A stretch of DNA of 64,000 nt, from positions 8,866 to 72,865 of IMG/VR virus record IMGVR_UViG_3300046657_000006. One strand, 5' to 3'. Positions 1 through 8,048 of this stretch are shown here, piece by piece. This stretch comes from a virus. The notes beneath the pieces were generated by a model, which saw nothing but the letters and a program-made list of their open reading frames with translations, ran no database searches and was not told the DNA's origin. The stretch's first letter is position 1. Each line of letters opens with the position of its first letter. A program made the translations under genes and the position numbers.

Positions 1-458
1 CACAGCGGAGTATCGCCAAGGCTATTCAAAACCTTCCCAGCCGCAAAGATTGCAGTGGTGAGATTCTTGCCTTCCGTGTCTTGCTGGAACTGCTTAGATT
101 CTCCGGTCATCCGATCCACTTTCTGCATCTCTTCCCGCGAGGCTATCCCACGCTTAATCTCGTAGCCCAGCAGTGCGAGGGCGCGACCGACCGCAGAAGT
201 CTCACAGTTCTCGATATAACTGGTTTTATTGACGTAGCCCTCACTGCGGTTCTCAAAAGCGTGTCCGGTTGAAGCAGGGGATGCGTCGTCCTGATTACGG
301 TAAATTTCTGCTCGCATCAGGATGAACCCGTGTTCAGCGTTATGCTCAAGAACCGCAGTGAGTACACGCCCCCCGACGTGTTCCGCGTAGAACTTCTCTA
401 GCCGCTCGTTGACAGGGACGTAGTTAGCGAGCCTGTCGGATGTCTGTGACTGTGCCAC
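1..458 (-). CDS. Rad52/Sak-like single-strand annealing protein (runs off window edge)
   Basis: Not in ORF track. Manual translation from GTG at 458: MAQSQTSDRLANYVPVNERLEKFY...ENCETSAVGRALALLG...IASREEM, typical of phage Rad52-like SSAPs. Adjacent to NinB. Confidence 0.75.
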   Translation of the reverse strand, partial: MAQSQTSDRLANYVPVNERLEKFYAEHVGGRVLTAVLEHNAEHGFILMRAEIYRNQDDASPASTGHAFENRSEGYVNKTSYIENCETSAVGRALALLGYEIKRGIASREEMQKVDRMTGESKQFQQDTEGKNLTTAIFAAGKVLNSLGDTPL

Positions 459-906
459 CTGTTTTCCCTTTCTTCGGTTGTTTCATCTCGTAATAAAGAT
501 CGGACGGGATAACCACAATTTCCGCAAACTCCGCGAGAAACTTTGCCGCTCGATCTAGGTATTCGGAAAACTCTTTTGTGTCCATGAATCGAGAGTCGGG
601 AATCATCTCGTCAATAACTTCGCCCGTCTGCTTGTTGACTATCGGCGTCGTACCGAGAACATGCTTCTTTAGAGCCTCGTGCGCTTGTTCCTTGCTTATC
701 CACGGCTCCCCGCTGGCTTCGCGTAACCACTCAGTCCATCCCTGAATGTAGGCTGTCCAGTAGTAAGCGTTCTGATCGAGGCTGCGAGTCTTTTTGTGCG
801 GCTTGATAAGTACGTCATACAACCCTGCCGGAAGCGTGCCGATAAACCGCATCAGCTTGTGCTTCTGATCAGTTGAAGCAAGGTTGATTACTAGAGCGTC
901 TTTCAC
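424..906 (-). CDS. ninB: NinB/YbcN-family recombination accessory protein
   Basis: RSLDQNAYYW and SRFMDTKEFSEYLDRA motifs; GTG start overlaps the upstream stop (GTGA). Confidence 0.7.
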   Translation of the reverse strand: MKDALVINLASTDQKHKLMRFIGTLPAGLYDVLIKPHKKTRSLDQNAYYWTAYIQGWTEWLREASGEPWISKEQAHEALKKHVLGTTPIVNKQTGEVIDEMIPDSRFMDTKEFSEYLDRAAKFLAEFAEIVVIPSDLYYEMKQPKKGKTGGTVTDIRQAR

Positions 907-1145
907 GTCACGTCGTCTCTTCGTTGCGAACAGTAAGGACACGGCTCTCGTGAATTCAATCCTCCGCCGCCTTCGTTAACCAAGTCCCCGTGAACTTCTA
1001 TTGTGTAACCTTCATTCTTGCAGTAGTCGCACCATCGATTCGGGTTCAACCAACAGCGCGGTTCGTGTTTCGCAACTGTCGGCTCAGTGGCCGCAAAACG
1101 GCAGAAGTCGCACTTGAATCTTGGCTTGGATTTGACCGCTCTCAT
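903..1145 (-). CDS. small Cys/His-rich zinc-binding protein
   Basis: CDFC...HEPRC, CDYC, CPYC; RBS upstream. Confidence 0.55.
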   Translation of the reverse strand: MRAVKSKPRFKCDFCRFAATEPTVAKHEPRCWLNPNRWCDYCKNEGYTIEVHGDLVNEGGGGLNSREPCPYCSQRRDDVT

Positions 1146-1233
1146 TTGTTCCCTTTGCTGAATTGGGCGGCGCGGCTAGACTGTCAAACGGATTTGCCGA
1201 ACACGTCTGCCCCTTTGTCGCTACCGCCCAAAC

Positions 1234-1389
1234 TTATTTCTTCTCCTTCTTGCTTGCCTCGATGTGCTTCTCAGCTGCGATAACCATTTCCGCGCTCACC
1301 GTGCGCCGATTACTTGCGGCCAGCTTCTTGATGCCCCTGAAGACTTCGGGCGGGAAGTAGATGTGCGTATCCTTGAATTCTTGTTTCAT
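1234..1389 (-). CDS. Arc/ribbon-helix-helix DNA-binding protein (51 aa)
   Basis: Below track cutoff: MKQEFKDTHIYFPPEVFRGIKKLAASNRRTVSAEMVIAAEKHIE..., Arc-like pattern; directly downstream of a sigma70-type promoter. Confidence 0.7.
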   Translation of the reverse strand: MKQEFKDTHIYFPPEVFRGIKKLAASNRRTVSAEMVIAAEKHIEASKKEKK

Positions 1390-1397
1390 GGGAGAAG

Positions 1398-1435
1398 AAG
1401 GTACTACGATAGGATAAGGCTGTCAACAACTATTT
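1398..1435 (-). promoter_or_regulatory. sigma70-type promoter TTGACA-N17-TACCTT
   Basis: Minus strand AAATAGTTGTTGACA gccttatcctatcgtag TACCTT cttctccc ATG. Confidence 0.65.
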
Positions 1436-1953
1436 CTTCCGTTTCCACCGCCTTGGCCATTTTGTTTTCAACTTCGGAATTATGCGTTCCTTCCGAACTG
1501 TCAACAATTCGCTTGAACGGTTATTCTTGTCCTGATCTTTCTCTTTCTGAGTTTCAGTTTTACTGATTAACTTTTTGTAGAAGCTCTTCATAAATCACCA
1601 CCAAGGAGACTCGGTTGGCAGACGGATACCTTCCCCTCGGTATCCGCTTAATCACCACCAAGTATGACTTCGGAGGCTTTGACGTACAGGTTCTTCTTGA
1701 TCTAGTAACTCACCGATATTTTGTGAGTCGGGTGGATTTTACGTGCCGTCAAGAAAGCGGGGCTGATTCAACCACGATCTAAAGTTGCGACTCCGTTCCC
1801 AGCGTCGGCTTAGAAATATGGTGATCGTAGCGAGAGAACCAGCTTCGTATACTGTAAGCTCTTCCCCCAACACGAACTGATTAGGATTGCTTCTTGGGTC
1901 GAAAAGGTCGAATAGGAAGGGAATCCATTGTTTCAAATATCTCAGTTAGAGAC

Positions 1954-2000
1954 ATTATAAACGGATTTTACTTGCAGTCAATAAATTATTTTGGTAGGCT
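1954..2000. promoter_or_regulatory. overlapping divergent promoters
   Basis: Minus strand TTGACT-N16-TATAAT; plus strand TTGCAG-N17-(TG)TAGGCT. Confidence 0.55.
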
Positions 2001-2006
2001 TCTGAC

Positions 2007-2120
2007 CGTCCATCACGTGTCAGACATCTCAGTTGCAAAGCTGCCTCGGCTCCGGTCGGGGCAGTGGCGCGTTAGATGTCTTTCTTGGCCTAGCCCGACA
2101 CGGTAGAGAGGTTTTTCCTC
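2007..2120 (+). ncRNA. candidate small RNA opposing the leftward operon
   Basis: Nested stems CGTGTC/GACACG, AGACATCT/AGATGTCT, CTGCCTCGGC/GTCGGGGCAG; G-U wobbles only work on the plus strand; promoter upstream. Confidence 0.4.
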
Positions 2121-2254
2121 ATCACCTATACTCTCCATGCAGCTTCTCTTCCTCCACGATCTTCCTCATAACTAAAGTCCACACAGGTAATGGACAGTCT
2201 TCAATGAGGTGGAGGGCGATTAGCAGTCGTTTAAGTAGTTTCATTCGTTCACTC

Positions 2255-2470
2255 CTAAAGTTCGTCGAATACTTTGCCGACTTCAATCATTGCGCCCATA
2301 TAGCCAACGACAGTGCCCTTGAAAAACGCTTTCTTAGTCGCGTCAGGTTCCTCATCTTGGAGCTTTTGTTGTGCAGCATGGGATGTCCCCAGCGCACTAT
2401 AAAGCTCACGCCGTAACGAAGCGATGAACGATTCCACTTCTCGTTCGGCCTTCTTTGCAATTTTACTCAT
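2255..2470 (-). CDS. hypothetical protein
   Basis: ORF coupled to the upstream gene in the leftward operon. Confidence 0.55.
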   Translation of the reverse strand: MSKIAKKAEREVESFIASLRRELYSALGTSHAAQQKLQDEEPDATKKAFFKGTVVGYMGAMIEVGKVFDEL

Positions 2471-3137
2471 TGCTCTTCCCTTCCGCTCCTACTTGCTGAG
2501 GGGTTGTAACATCTAGTCCCTGTCTTTCACCAGCCGCGAACGATTCAGGGTCATGCTGCACAGAACTCGCGGTGCTAACGTCTGGGTTGTTGCTCGCTGC
2601 GCTCGACTTAGTAAGTTGAATAATTGCTGCGATTCCCATGCGAGCAGCGCGGCGTTGATTGTCCGTTGCGTCAAGGTCGTCAGCGATAGACGACAACGCT
2701 GCCAGTACGGGCTCGCTATCGTCGTACATGCTGAACTGGTGCAACTGTTCTTCTGCGGCGAGGGCACGGCCTTCCATACTGTCGTAAACAAAGAACGCGT
2801 CGTTAATTGACCGGCACTCTTGAAAGGGCTTATAGCTTCGCATCGCGGTAGTTAAGGATTCGACGTTGCATTCAAGACGTTCGATCTCGCCGCGACTTTG
2901 TAGCGCTTGCTCCATCCATTCATCACGGGATACTTCGGCCTTTCGCAATTCCATCACCAACCCAAGTTCATTCCCGGATTTGATTCGACATGCCGACGTC
3001 GCGCCCGGGGTCTCGCCGAAATGATCTTGCGCCGCACCGATGGTGGTGAAACTATCGCCGCAATGGAAGCACGTCCAACCGCCTTCGGGCATCATGTAAG
3101 TTTCGGCGACACTAAACTCCAAGTGGGCGTCAGTCAT
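2463..3137 (-). CDS. hypothetical protein with C2H2-like zinc motif and coiled coil
   Basis: WTCFHCGDSF...AQDHFG; RBS GGAG; ATGA overlap. Confidence 0.65.
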   Translation of the reverse strand: MTDAHLEFSVAETYMMPEGGWTCFHCGDSFTTIGAAQDHFGETPGATSACRIKSGNELGLVMELRKAEVSRDEWMEQALQSRGEIERLECNVESLTTAMRSYKPFQECRSINDAFFVYDSMEGRALAAEEQLHQFSMYDDSEPVLAALSSIADDLDATDNQRRAARMGIAAIIQLTKSSAASNNPDVSTASSVQHDPESFAAGERQGLDVTTPQQVGAEGKSNE

Positions 3138-3394
3138 TTGGAGTCTCCTTGACGAATGCGCCCCGCGATGTATCGGCCTCCAGATGAGTAGTAAGTCTCA
3201 GCAATCACCGCACACATCTCCCGCTCTGCCTTTAGCAGTTCATCCACTTGTGATTGGGTGTAGCAGCGAACTGCGGTTACAGTGCTAAGGTGTTCCCAAA
3301 TCTGTTCCTTTGTCCCACGCTCATCTAAGAACGCCATTTCTACGGCCTTGCGAACTGCATTGAGGCTTACCAATCTGTCGGTTCCGTTACTCAT
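3134..3394 (-). CDS. hypothetical protein
   Basis: ORF with ATGA overlaps on both sides. Confidence 0.6.
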   Translation of the reverse strand: MSNGTDRLVSLNAVRKAVEMAFLDERGTKEQIWEHLSTVTAVRCYTQSQVDELLKAEREMCAVIAETYYSSGGRYIAGRIRQGDSK

Positions 3395-3714
3395 CCCTGT
3401 CGTCCTTTCATTTGATTGTCGTACTCAGCTAAGGCGCGATTCAGCCTATGAATTGAGTCCGGGTCGCCGCAGTCTTGCAGTAGTCGGTTGCGAGCGAACG
3501 TTGCCGCCTCTGCCAGCCTCTTACACACTGCAAACAAGTCCCCGCCTTGAATTGCTAACTGATTTCGCTCGTCGGTCAGACGTTCGATCTCAGCCCTTTC
3601 CAGAGTAGGAGAATCGTCGCTGATGGAGAACACGGGTCGCGTGTAGGTCTCGCCTCCAACAAGTCTGCGTTCAGGTGAAGGCGGAATAGAACTCTTTGTT
3701 TTTGATTCACTCAT
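3391..3714 (-). CDS. hypothetical coiled-coil protein
   Basis: Start reassigned to the ATG after AAAGGA RBS. Confidence 0.6.
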   Translation of the reverse strand: MSESKTKSSIPPSPERRLVGGETYTRPVFSISDDSPTLERAEIERLTDERNQLAIQGGDLFAVCKRLAEAATFARNRLLQDCGDPDSIHRLNRALAEYDNQMKGRQG

Positions 3715-3773
3715 ATCAAGTCCTTTCAAAACCAATTCGTTCAATGCAGACAAGAACTCGCAACTTAATCGGG

Positions 3774-4292
3774 TTAGGAGTTACTCGCTGCGCTCGACTC
3801 GGCAGGTTGAAGTGCGGCGCGGCAAATTGCTTCTGGCAGCGTTGCCGCTTGCGCCTCAACCTCATAGCCTCCGCTCATCCGAAACGAGGCGCTCCACGAA
3901 GTGTCCGGCATTCCGTAAACGTCGTTAGTTATACAGTCAGTGAGCCAGCCTAACTCGCGCATCTTTTCGATCACTTCCATTGCGGCGGCTATGTCGGTTG
4001 AGGGCGACCATTTCCTAAAGGTGCGGTCGTACAGAGCGTTCGCGCCGTAAGTGTACGGCTCACCTCTAAGCACGCCCATCTTGTAGTGAAGCATCCATGC
4101 CACATCCCTGCGGTCGTCACCTTCATCACGATCACTGCGGACACGCTTCCACTGCATCACCCGCTCCGCAACGAGCGCGTCCAGTTCGCGCCCCGCCACA
4201 CAAGGTTGTCCGTCCGCTTCGGCGGCTCGGAGAGTCTCGCCTGATTGAGTTGCGAGGTGTTGGTTCTCATCAACTTCATTTTCTTGTTTCAT
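3774..4292 (-). CDS. phage ABA-sandwich (BC1872-like) domain protein
   Basis: RELDALVAERVM...SPSTDIAAAMEVIEKM...ATLPEAICRAAL. Confidence 0.75.
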   Translation of the reverse strand: MKQENEVDENQHLATQSGETLRAAEADGQPCVAGRELDALVAERVMQWKRVRSDRDEGDDRRDVAWMLHYKMGVLRGEPYTYGANALYDRTFRKWSPSTDIAAAMEVIEKMRELGWLTDCITNDVYGMPDTSWSASFRMSGGYEVEAQAATLPEAICRAALQPAESSAASNS

Positions 4293-4293
4293 A

Positions 4294-4497
4294 TCAAATC
4301 CTTTTTATCGGTGACGCCATGCTCATCATCCAGAAATCCATGATCCACATCCAACGTGATTGCAGTTTCTTGAAATACCAACCGTAGGCCGCTTGGCGTT
4401 GCAATCGCTCCTGAACGACCACGGCGCGAAGCACGGCGTTTTCAACTTGCAGTCGCCTAATGTGGTTCAGGTAGTTAGTACGTTCGGTGTTGCTCAT
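4294..4497 (-). CDS. hypothetical protein
   Basis: Start at the ATG after the AAAGGATTTGAT module. Confidence 0.55.
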   Translation of the reverse strand: MSNTERTNYLNHIRRLQVENAVLRAVVVQERLQRQAAYGWYFKKLQSRWMWIMDFWMMSMASPIKRI

Positions 4498-4498
4498 A

Positions 4499-5020
4499 TC
4501 AAATCCTTTCAAAACCATCGGGCTCGGCTGTACCCGTCGAAGCGACGGAGTTGGTATCGGGCTTGGTGTCAACGAATTCCACTACTACCCCAAGCACGTC
4601 GAATAGCTCGGTAATCCTTTGCTCGCGCTCGCTTTCGTTCATCTGCGGGTTGTCGTTAACTTCCATTAACTCTTCGACCGCTCCGGCGTGCCTGTAGGCG
4701 TATAACCGCTCTTCGTCGGACACAATGAGATCGCCGAGCGACTCGGGCGCGACCACTTCTTCGACAAGTAGATCTTCCGGTGTATAGACGTTTCGAATTT
4801 GGTCAGAACGCAAGCCGCGTCGAATGCAGTCAAATCCCAAACAGCACATCTTGCCGTCAGCGTCCCGCAGCAACATCGAGTTCCGTAGATCGCCTCTTAG
4901 CCACCTGTCACGCTCGATCACAAGAACGGGATGGGCAGCACTCAACTCTGAAGTGGGTTTCATCTCGGCACTTGGAACGGCTGAGGTTTGGTTCTCATCA
5001 ACTTCATTTTCTTGTTTCAC
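4499..5020 (-). CDS. conserved phage hypothetical protein
   Basis: IERDRWLRG...LLRDADGKMCCLGF motif; RBS. Confidence 0.6.
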   Translation of the reverse strand: MKQENEVDENQTSAVPSAEMKPTSELSAAHPVLVIERDRWLRGDLRNSMLLRDADGKMCCLGFDCIRRGLRSDQIRNVYTPEDLLVEEVVAPESLGDLIVSDEERLYAYRHAGAVEELMEVNDNPQMNESEREQRITELFDVLGVVVEFVDTKPDTNSVASTGTAEPDGFERI

Positions 5021-5169
5021 ATCAAATCCTTTTTCTGTTTAATTGACAGACCCTCGCTAGTCAGTTGCGCGGCTCGGAGAGAAAAATCATTTCAAGGTTA
5101 ATGCTGCACAGAACTCACTATGGAGTCGGGCTAGATACAGCTCGCTTCGCTCGTCTCGGTGCGCTGACG

Positions 5170-5640
5170 CTACCCCACCCAAACGTAGCCCTCATCCGGC
5201 ACTTCGCCCTCGCGCTCACTGGCCTTGATTTCTGCAGCGCGAATCACGAGCACGTCGGGCTGTTTTTCGTAATCTTCAAGAGTCACGTACGACTTGAAAG
5301 TGTATTTCTCGTTCGGACGTTCAACGTACCTTCCGATATAGCCGCGCTTAACGCCCTTGCCACTTATGAACGCCTCTGACTCAGGTATTTCCTTGCCCGT
5401 TTTCTTGTTGATATAAGCGTAGTCACAGCCTCGATGGTAGCCCGTCAAGTCTTCGAGCGACTCGCTCTCGCTGATTGAGTAATCACTGCCACAACACGTG
5501 CAGGACACGCGATCAGGATTGTGCCCGAATCGGTTATAGAAAATTGTTTTAGCTTCGGTTTCAGGGGCTTCGATATAAATCATCGCCCACTTTGCCTTCT
5601 GTCCGCCGCCGCTATGCATGTCCCAAAATTTCGTCCACAT
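5170..5640 (-). CDS. conserved phage hypothetical protein
   Basis: FWDMHSGGGQK...FGHNPDRVSCTCCGSDYSI; RBS GGAG. Confidence 0.7.
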   Translation of the reverse strand: MWTKFWDMHSGGGQKAKWAMIYIEAPETEAKTIFYNRFGHNPDRVSCTCCGSDYSISESESLEDLTGYHRGCDYAYINKKTGKEIPESEAFISGKGVKRGYIGRYVERPNEKYTFKSYVTLEDYEKQPDVLVIRAAEIKASEREGEVPDEGYVWVG

Positions 5641-5696
5641 AACCTTTCTCCAATCTGTCTTTCAAAATAAGAACCCGTGAATGCCACGGTGCACTC

Positions 5697-5882
5697 TCAG
5701 CCCAACAAGCGGGCGTTACGAATAATTGCTGCGGCCTCATAATCCCCCCGCATCAAACAATACAACTCCGCCCTCACTGAAATATGATAGCCTTCATCTG
5801 TCGTCCTCATGTGAATACGTGTGCGACTTTCTGAGGGGTCGAAGCGAGCGTGCGTTAATTGGGTTTCAAGGTTGATCATCAC
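5697..5882 (-). CDS. hypothetical protein
   Basis: ORF with GGAG RBS in the leftward operon. Confidence 0.45.
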   Translation of the reverse strand: MMINLETQLTHARFDPSESRTRIHMRTTDEGYHISVRAELYCLMRGDYEAAAIIRNARLLG

Positions 5883-5915
5883 TTAATCTCCGCGTTCATC
5901 GGCACCTGTTCATTC

Positions 5916-6128
5916 TTACTTGTCATTGGCTATCTCGTTGCGGTGACGCTTAATAAACATGATAAGCGCATCGCCTGCCGCGCTAGTTTGATAACCCACG
6001 CCATTGCAGAATTCGCAACCGACCGGTGATGGCGTTTTAGACTGGCCGCTACCATTACAATTCCAGCACTTGTGGTCTAATTCGTCCATAATGGCTTCTA
6101 CGTCAATTTCTATATTTGCGCCCATCAT
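5916..6128 (-). CDS. anti-TRAP-like zinc-finger protein
   Basis: DELDHKCWNCNGSG...CEFCNGVG...AAGDALIMFIKRH resembles the Bacillus anti-TRAP layout. Confidence 0.6.
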   Translation of the reverse strand: MMGANIEIDVEAIMDELDHKCWNCNGSGQSKTPSPVGCEFCNGVGYQTSAAGDALIMFIKRHRNEIANDK

Positions 6129-6154
6129 CCCTCCCTTATTCCTGCACCTCGTTA

Positions 6155-6343
6155 CTATTCGTCATTCCAACATTGACATCCCGTTGGTTCGGCATAGCAG
6201 GATGAACAGACGCCAACAACTAATGACACAATTTGAGCGCGCTGCTTATTTGTCAGCAACGGAAACGTCTCCACTACCGTTTCCCAAAGCTCCGTGTATT
6301 CTCTGCTTGCTAGGTTGGCTCCAATTTGCTCAACTTCAATCAT
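6155..6343 (-). CDS. small Cys-rich protein
   Basis: CSSC...CQCWNDE C-terminus; start after GGAGG. Confidence 0.55.
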   Translation of the reverse strand: MIEVEQIGANLASREYTELWETVVETFPLLTNKQRAQIVSLVVGVCSSCYAEPTGCQCWNDE

Positions 6344-6345
6344 CG

Positions 6346-6741
6346 CTATCGCTCCTCCACCTTGAAACGTCGGAATGTGTCGATCACTGCGTCCGCGAAG
6401 TCGAGGCGTTGCCCGTTCGCAAAGTTCTCCCCTATGTACCTCCTGTCGCGCCCTTCGTATAGACTCCAATCGCCATCGTCAATTACCCTCAAAACCGCTT
6501 CACGTAGTAGCGACTCCTCCGCTGTCAACTTCCCTTGCTTGGCGGGAGGTGCAGCGTTCCACGGTTCCGCTTTGTTACCGGTTCCGATTACCTTCCCTTG
6601 ACTGTCCTGAACAACCCAATCGGCACCGTCTGGCACAAAGACCCTGCCGCCCGCGCCCTCATTTGTCCCCGCACCGCTTACGACCCGCTCACCCTCTGCT
6701 CTTGCTATAGCTGCTTCCATATGCTCATTTGCTTTCGACAT
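6346..6741 (-). CDS. hypothetical protein
   Basis: AGGAG RBS before MSKAN. Confidence 0.6.
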   Translation of the reverse strand: MSKANEHMEAAIARAEGERVVSGAGTNEGAGGRVFVPDGADWVVQDSQGKVIGTGNKAEPWNAAPPAKQGKLTAEESLLREAVLRVIDDGDWSLYEGRDRRYIGENFANGQRLDFADAVIDTFRRFKVEER

Positions 6742-7093
6742 TGGAACTCCTTTTGGGCGCAATCGCTTCTAGCACGTGGTTAACTGGAACATAATTCAGT
6801 TTCATGTCGCGAATCGCTTCCACAACGCGTTGGTATTCAAGTTCCACTGCGTAGTCTAGCTGCGCTTGAGTGTAAAGCTCATCGACTGCCTCCATATGCG
6901 ACGAGGCGGAACGTGGCGACACTTTCGCGTCTAAGGGCGTACCGTGAAAGGTTCGATCAACGTCTTCCGTCACCGTGTCGTGAACCTCATCGGCTGCGCG
7001 AAGTGAACAATAGGAACCGTCGTCTTCGACGTGCTCGCAGAAGATATACCCTTGCGCCGCTTTGAACTCGTGTCGTTTCTGCATCGCTCTCAT
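6725..7093 (-). CDS. hypothetical protein
   Basis: AAGGAG RBS; ATGA overlap. Confidence 0.6.
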   Translation of the reverse strand: MRAMQKRHEFKAAQGYIFCEHVEDDGSYCSLRAADEVHDTVTEDVDRTFHGTPLDAKVSPRSASSHMEAVDELYTQAQLDYAVELEYQRVVEAIRDMKLNYVPVNHVLEAIAPKRSSNVESK

Positions 7094-7329
7094 TGCTCCT
7101 TGCTGTCAGGCGTTACCTTTGTCAGACTGAATACGGCAACCTCTTGTACCGCGTTTTCATCGAGCGGCGTTATCGACATCAACTTATCCCACAGCGTTCG
7201 CAGTCCAGCCATGTCGGATGTAATCAAGATAAATTCGTTGCCATCTCGCCCTGTTGCCGCAAATCCCTTGTAGTAGGCTCCGCGCTCAACTTTGCCAATG
7301 GCTCGTTTAATCAGTTTCGGTCGATCCAT
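7090..7329 (-). CDS. hypothetical protein
   Basis: AAGGAG RBS. Confidence 0.6.
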   Translation of the reverse strand: MDRPKLIKRAIGKVERGAYYKGFAATGRDGNEFILITSDMAGLRTLWDKLMSITPLDENAVQEVAVFSLTKVTPDSKEQ

Positions 7330-7376
7330 CTCTCTCCTTCATCCTCCTGTCGGTTTCCTAGTGGGGGGCTAGTTGG

Positions 7377-7772
7377 CTATCCGCGCAGCTCTTCGTTAAT
7401 GAACTTGACCGCTTTCTCTTGGCCGTGCGTAATCCAGTCAAACTTGCCGTAAGATTCCACGGCCTTACGTAGATCGGCCTCATAATGGTCGCCACGAAAC
7501 GAGTTGGCACCGAAGGCGATAACGTCTTGCGCAAGTAGTCCACGGTCAAACACAGCCACGTGGTAAGGCTCATCGAAAACGATTCCAATCATCTTTCCCT
7601 GCGCACCTTCGATCTCGTTCAGCTTGTCAATCAATCGCGTTTTTGGTTTTGCAACTTCGCTGTCAACAAACTTCACGACGTAAAACCCCGCTCCGCTAAC
7701 GCCGTTTCGGTGATACGCTACTTCTTCAATTTTAATCATCACGTCCTCCTCAGTTGTTGCTCTAGTTGCCAT
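7377..7772 (-). CDS. conserved phage hypothetical protein, first gene of leftward operon
   Basis: AYHRNGVSGAGFYVV...NSFRGDHYE; start at 7772 (leaderless) or 7742/7739 (GAGGAGG RBS). Confidence 0.65.
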   Translation of the reverse strand: MATRATTEEDVMIKIEEVAYHRNGVSGAGFYVVKFVDSEVAKPKTRLIDKLNEIEGAQGKMIGIVFDEPYHVAVFDRGLLAQDVIAFGANSFRGDHYEADLRKAVESYGKFDWITHGQEKAVKFINEELRG

Positions 7773-7779
7773 GTGCAGA

Positions 7780-7852
7780 AGGTAGCACGACCAGAAAGTA
7801 AATGTCAACAACTATTTTAACCTTGACGGTAAAATCTTTTCAGCGTAGAGTC
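7780..7852. promoter_or_regulatory. divergent early promoter pair
   Basis: Minus strand TTGACA-N17-(TG)TACCTT; plus strand TTGACG-N17-TAGAGT; gene orientation switches here. Confidence 0.75.
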
Positions 7853-7859
7853 TGCAAGC

Positions 7860-8048
7860 ATGGGAAGACCAAAACTGTCAGAAACAAAACAGCAAATAGC
7901 GGCACGGGTTGCTCCAAGCGTAAAAACGGCTATAGAGGCGATTGCGAGCAGCGAGCGGCGCACAGAGTCTCAAGTAATTGAAATGCTGCTTGAGCGGTCA
8001 CTGAAAGCCAAAGCAAGACAGGAGAAAGCGTGGCGAGCAAGCTCCTAA
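7860..8048 (+). CDS. ribbon-helix-helix regulator (Cro-like position)
   Basis: MGRPK...IAARV...IEAIASSERRTESQVIEMLLE. Confidence 0.75.
   Translation: MGRPKLSETKQQIAARVAPSVKTAIEAIASSERRTESQVIEMLLERSLKAKARQEKAWRASS

Larger units (their letters stand above)
4261..5034. repeat. ~45-bp direct repeat (RBS plus MKQENEVDENQ N-terminus)
   Basis: TGGTTCTCATCAACTTCATTTTCTTGTTTCA(T/C)ATCAAATCCTTTTT at 4261 and 4989. Confidence 0.9.
2553..5153. repeat. three copies of a two-box element with a fixed 40-nt offset
   Basis: ATGCTGCACAGAACTC-like box at 2553, 3744, 5101; CTCGCT(G/T)CGCTCG at 2593, 3784, 5141. Confidence 0.85.

Noticed and set aside
2553-5153. CRISPR array
   Set aside because: Repeats are 1.2-1.4 kb apart and separated by genes; no cas genes
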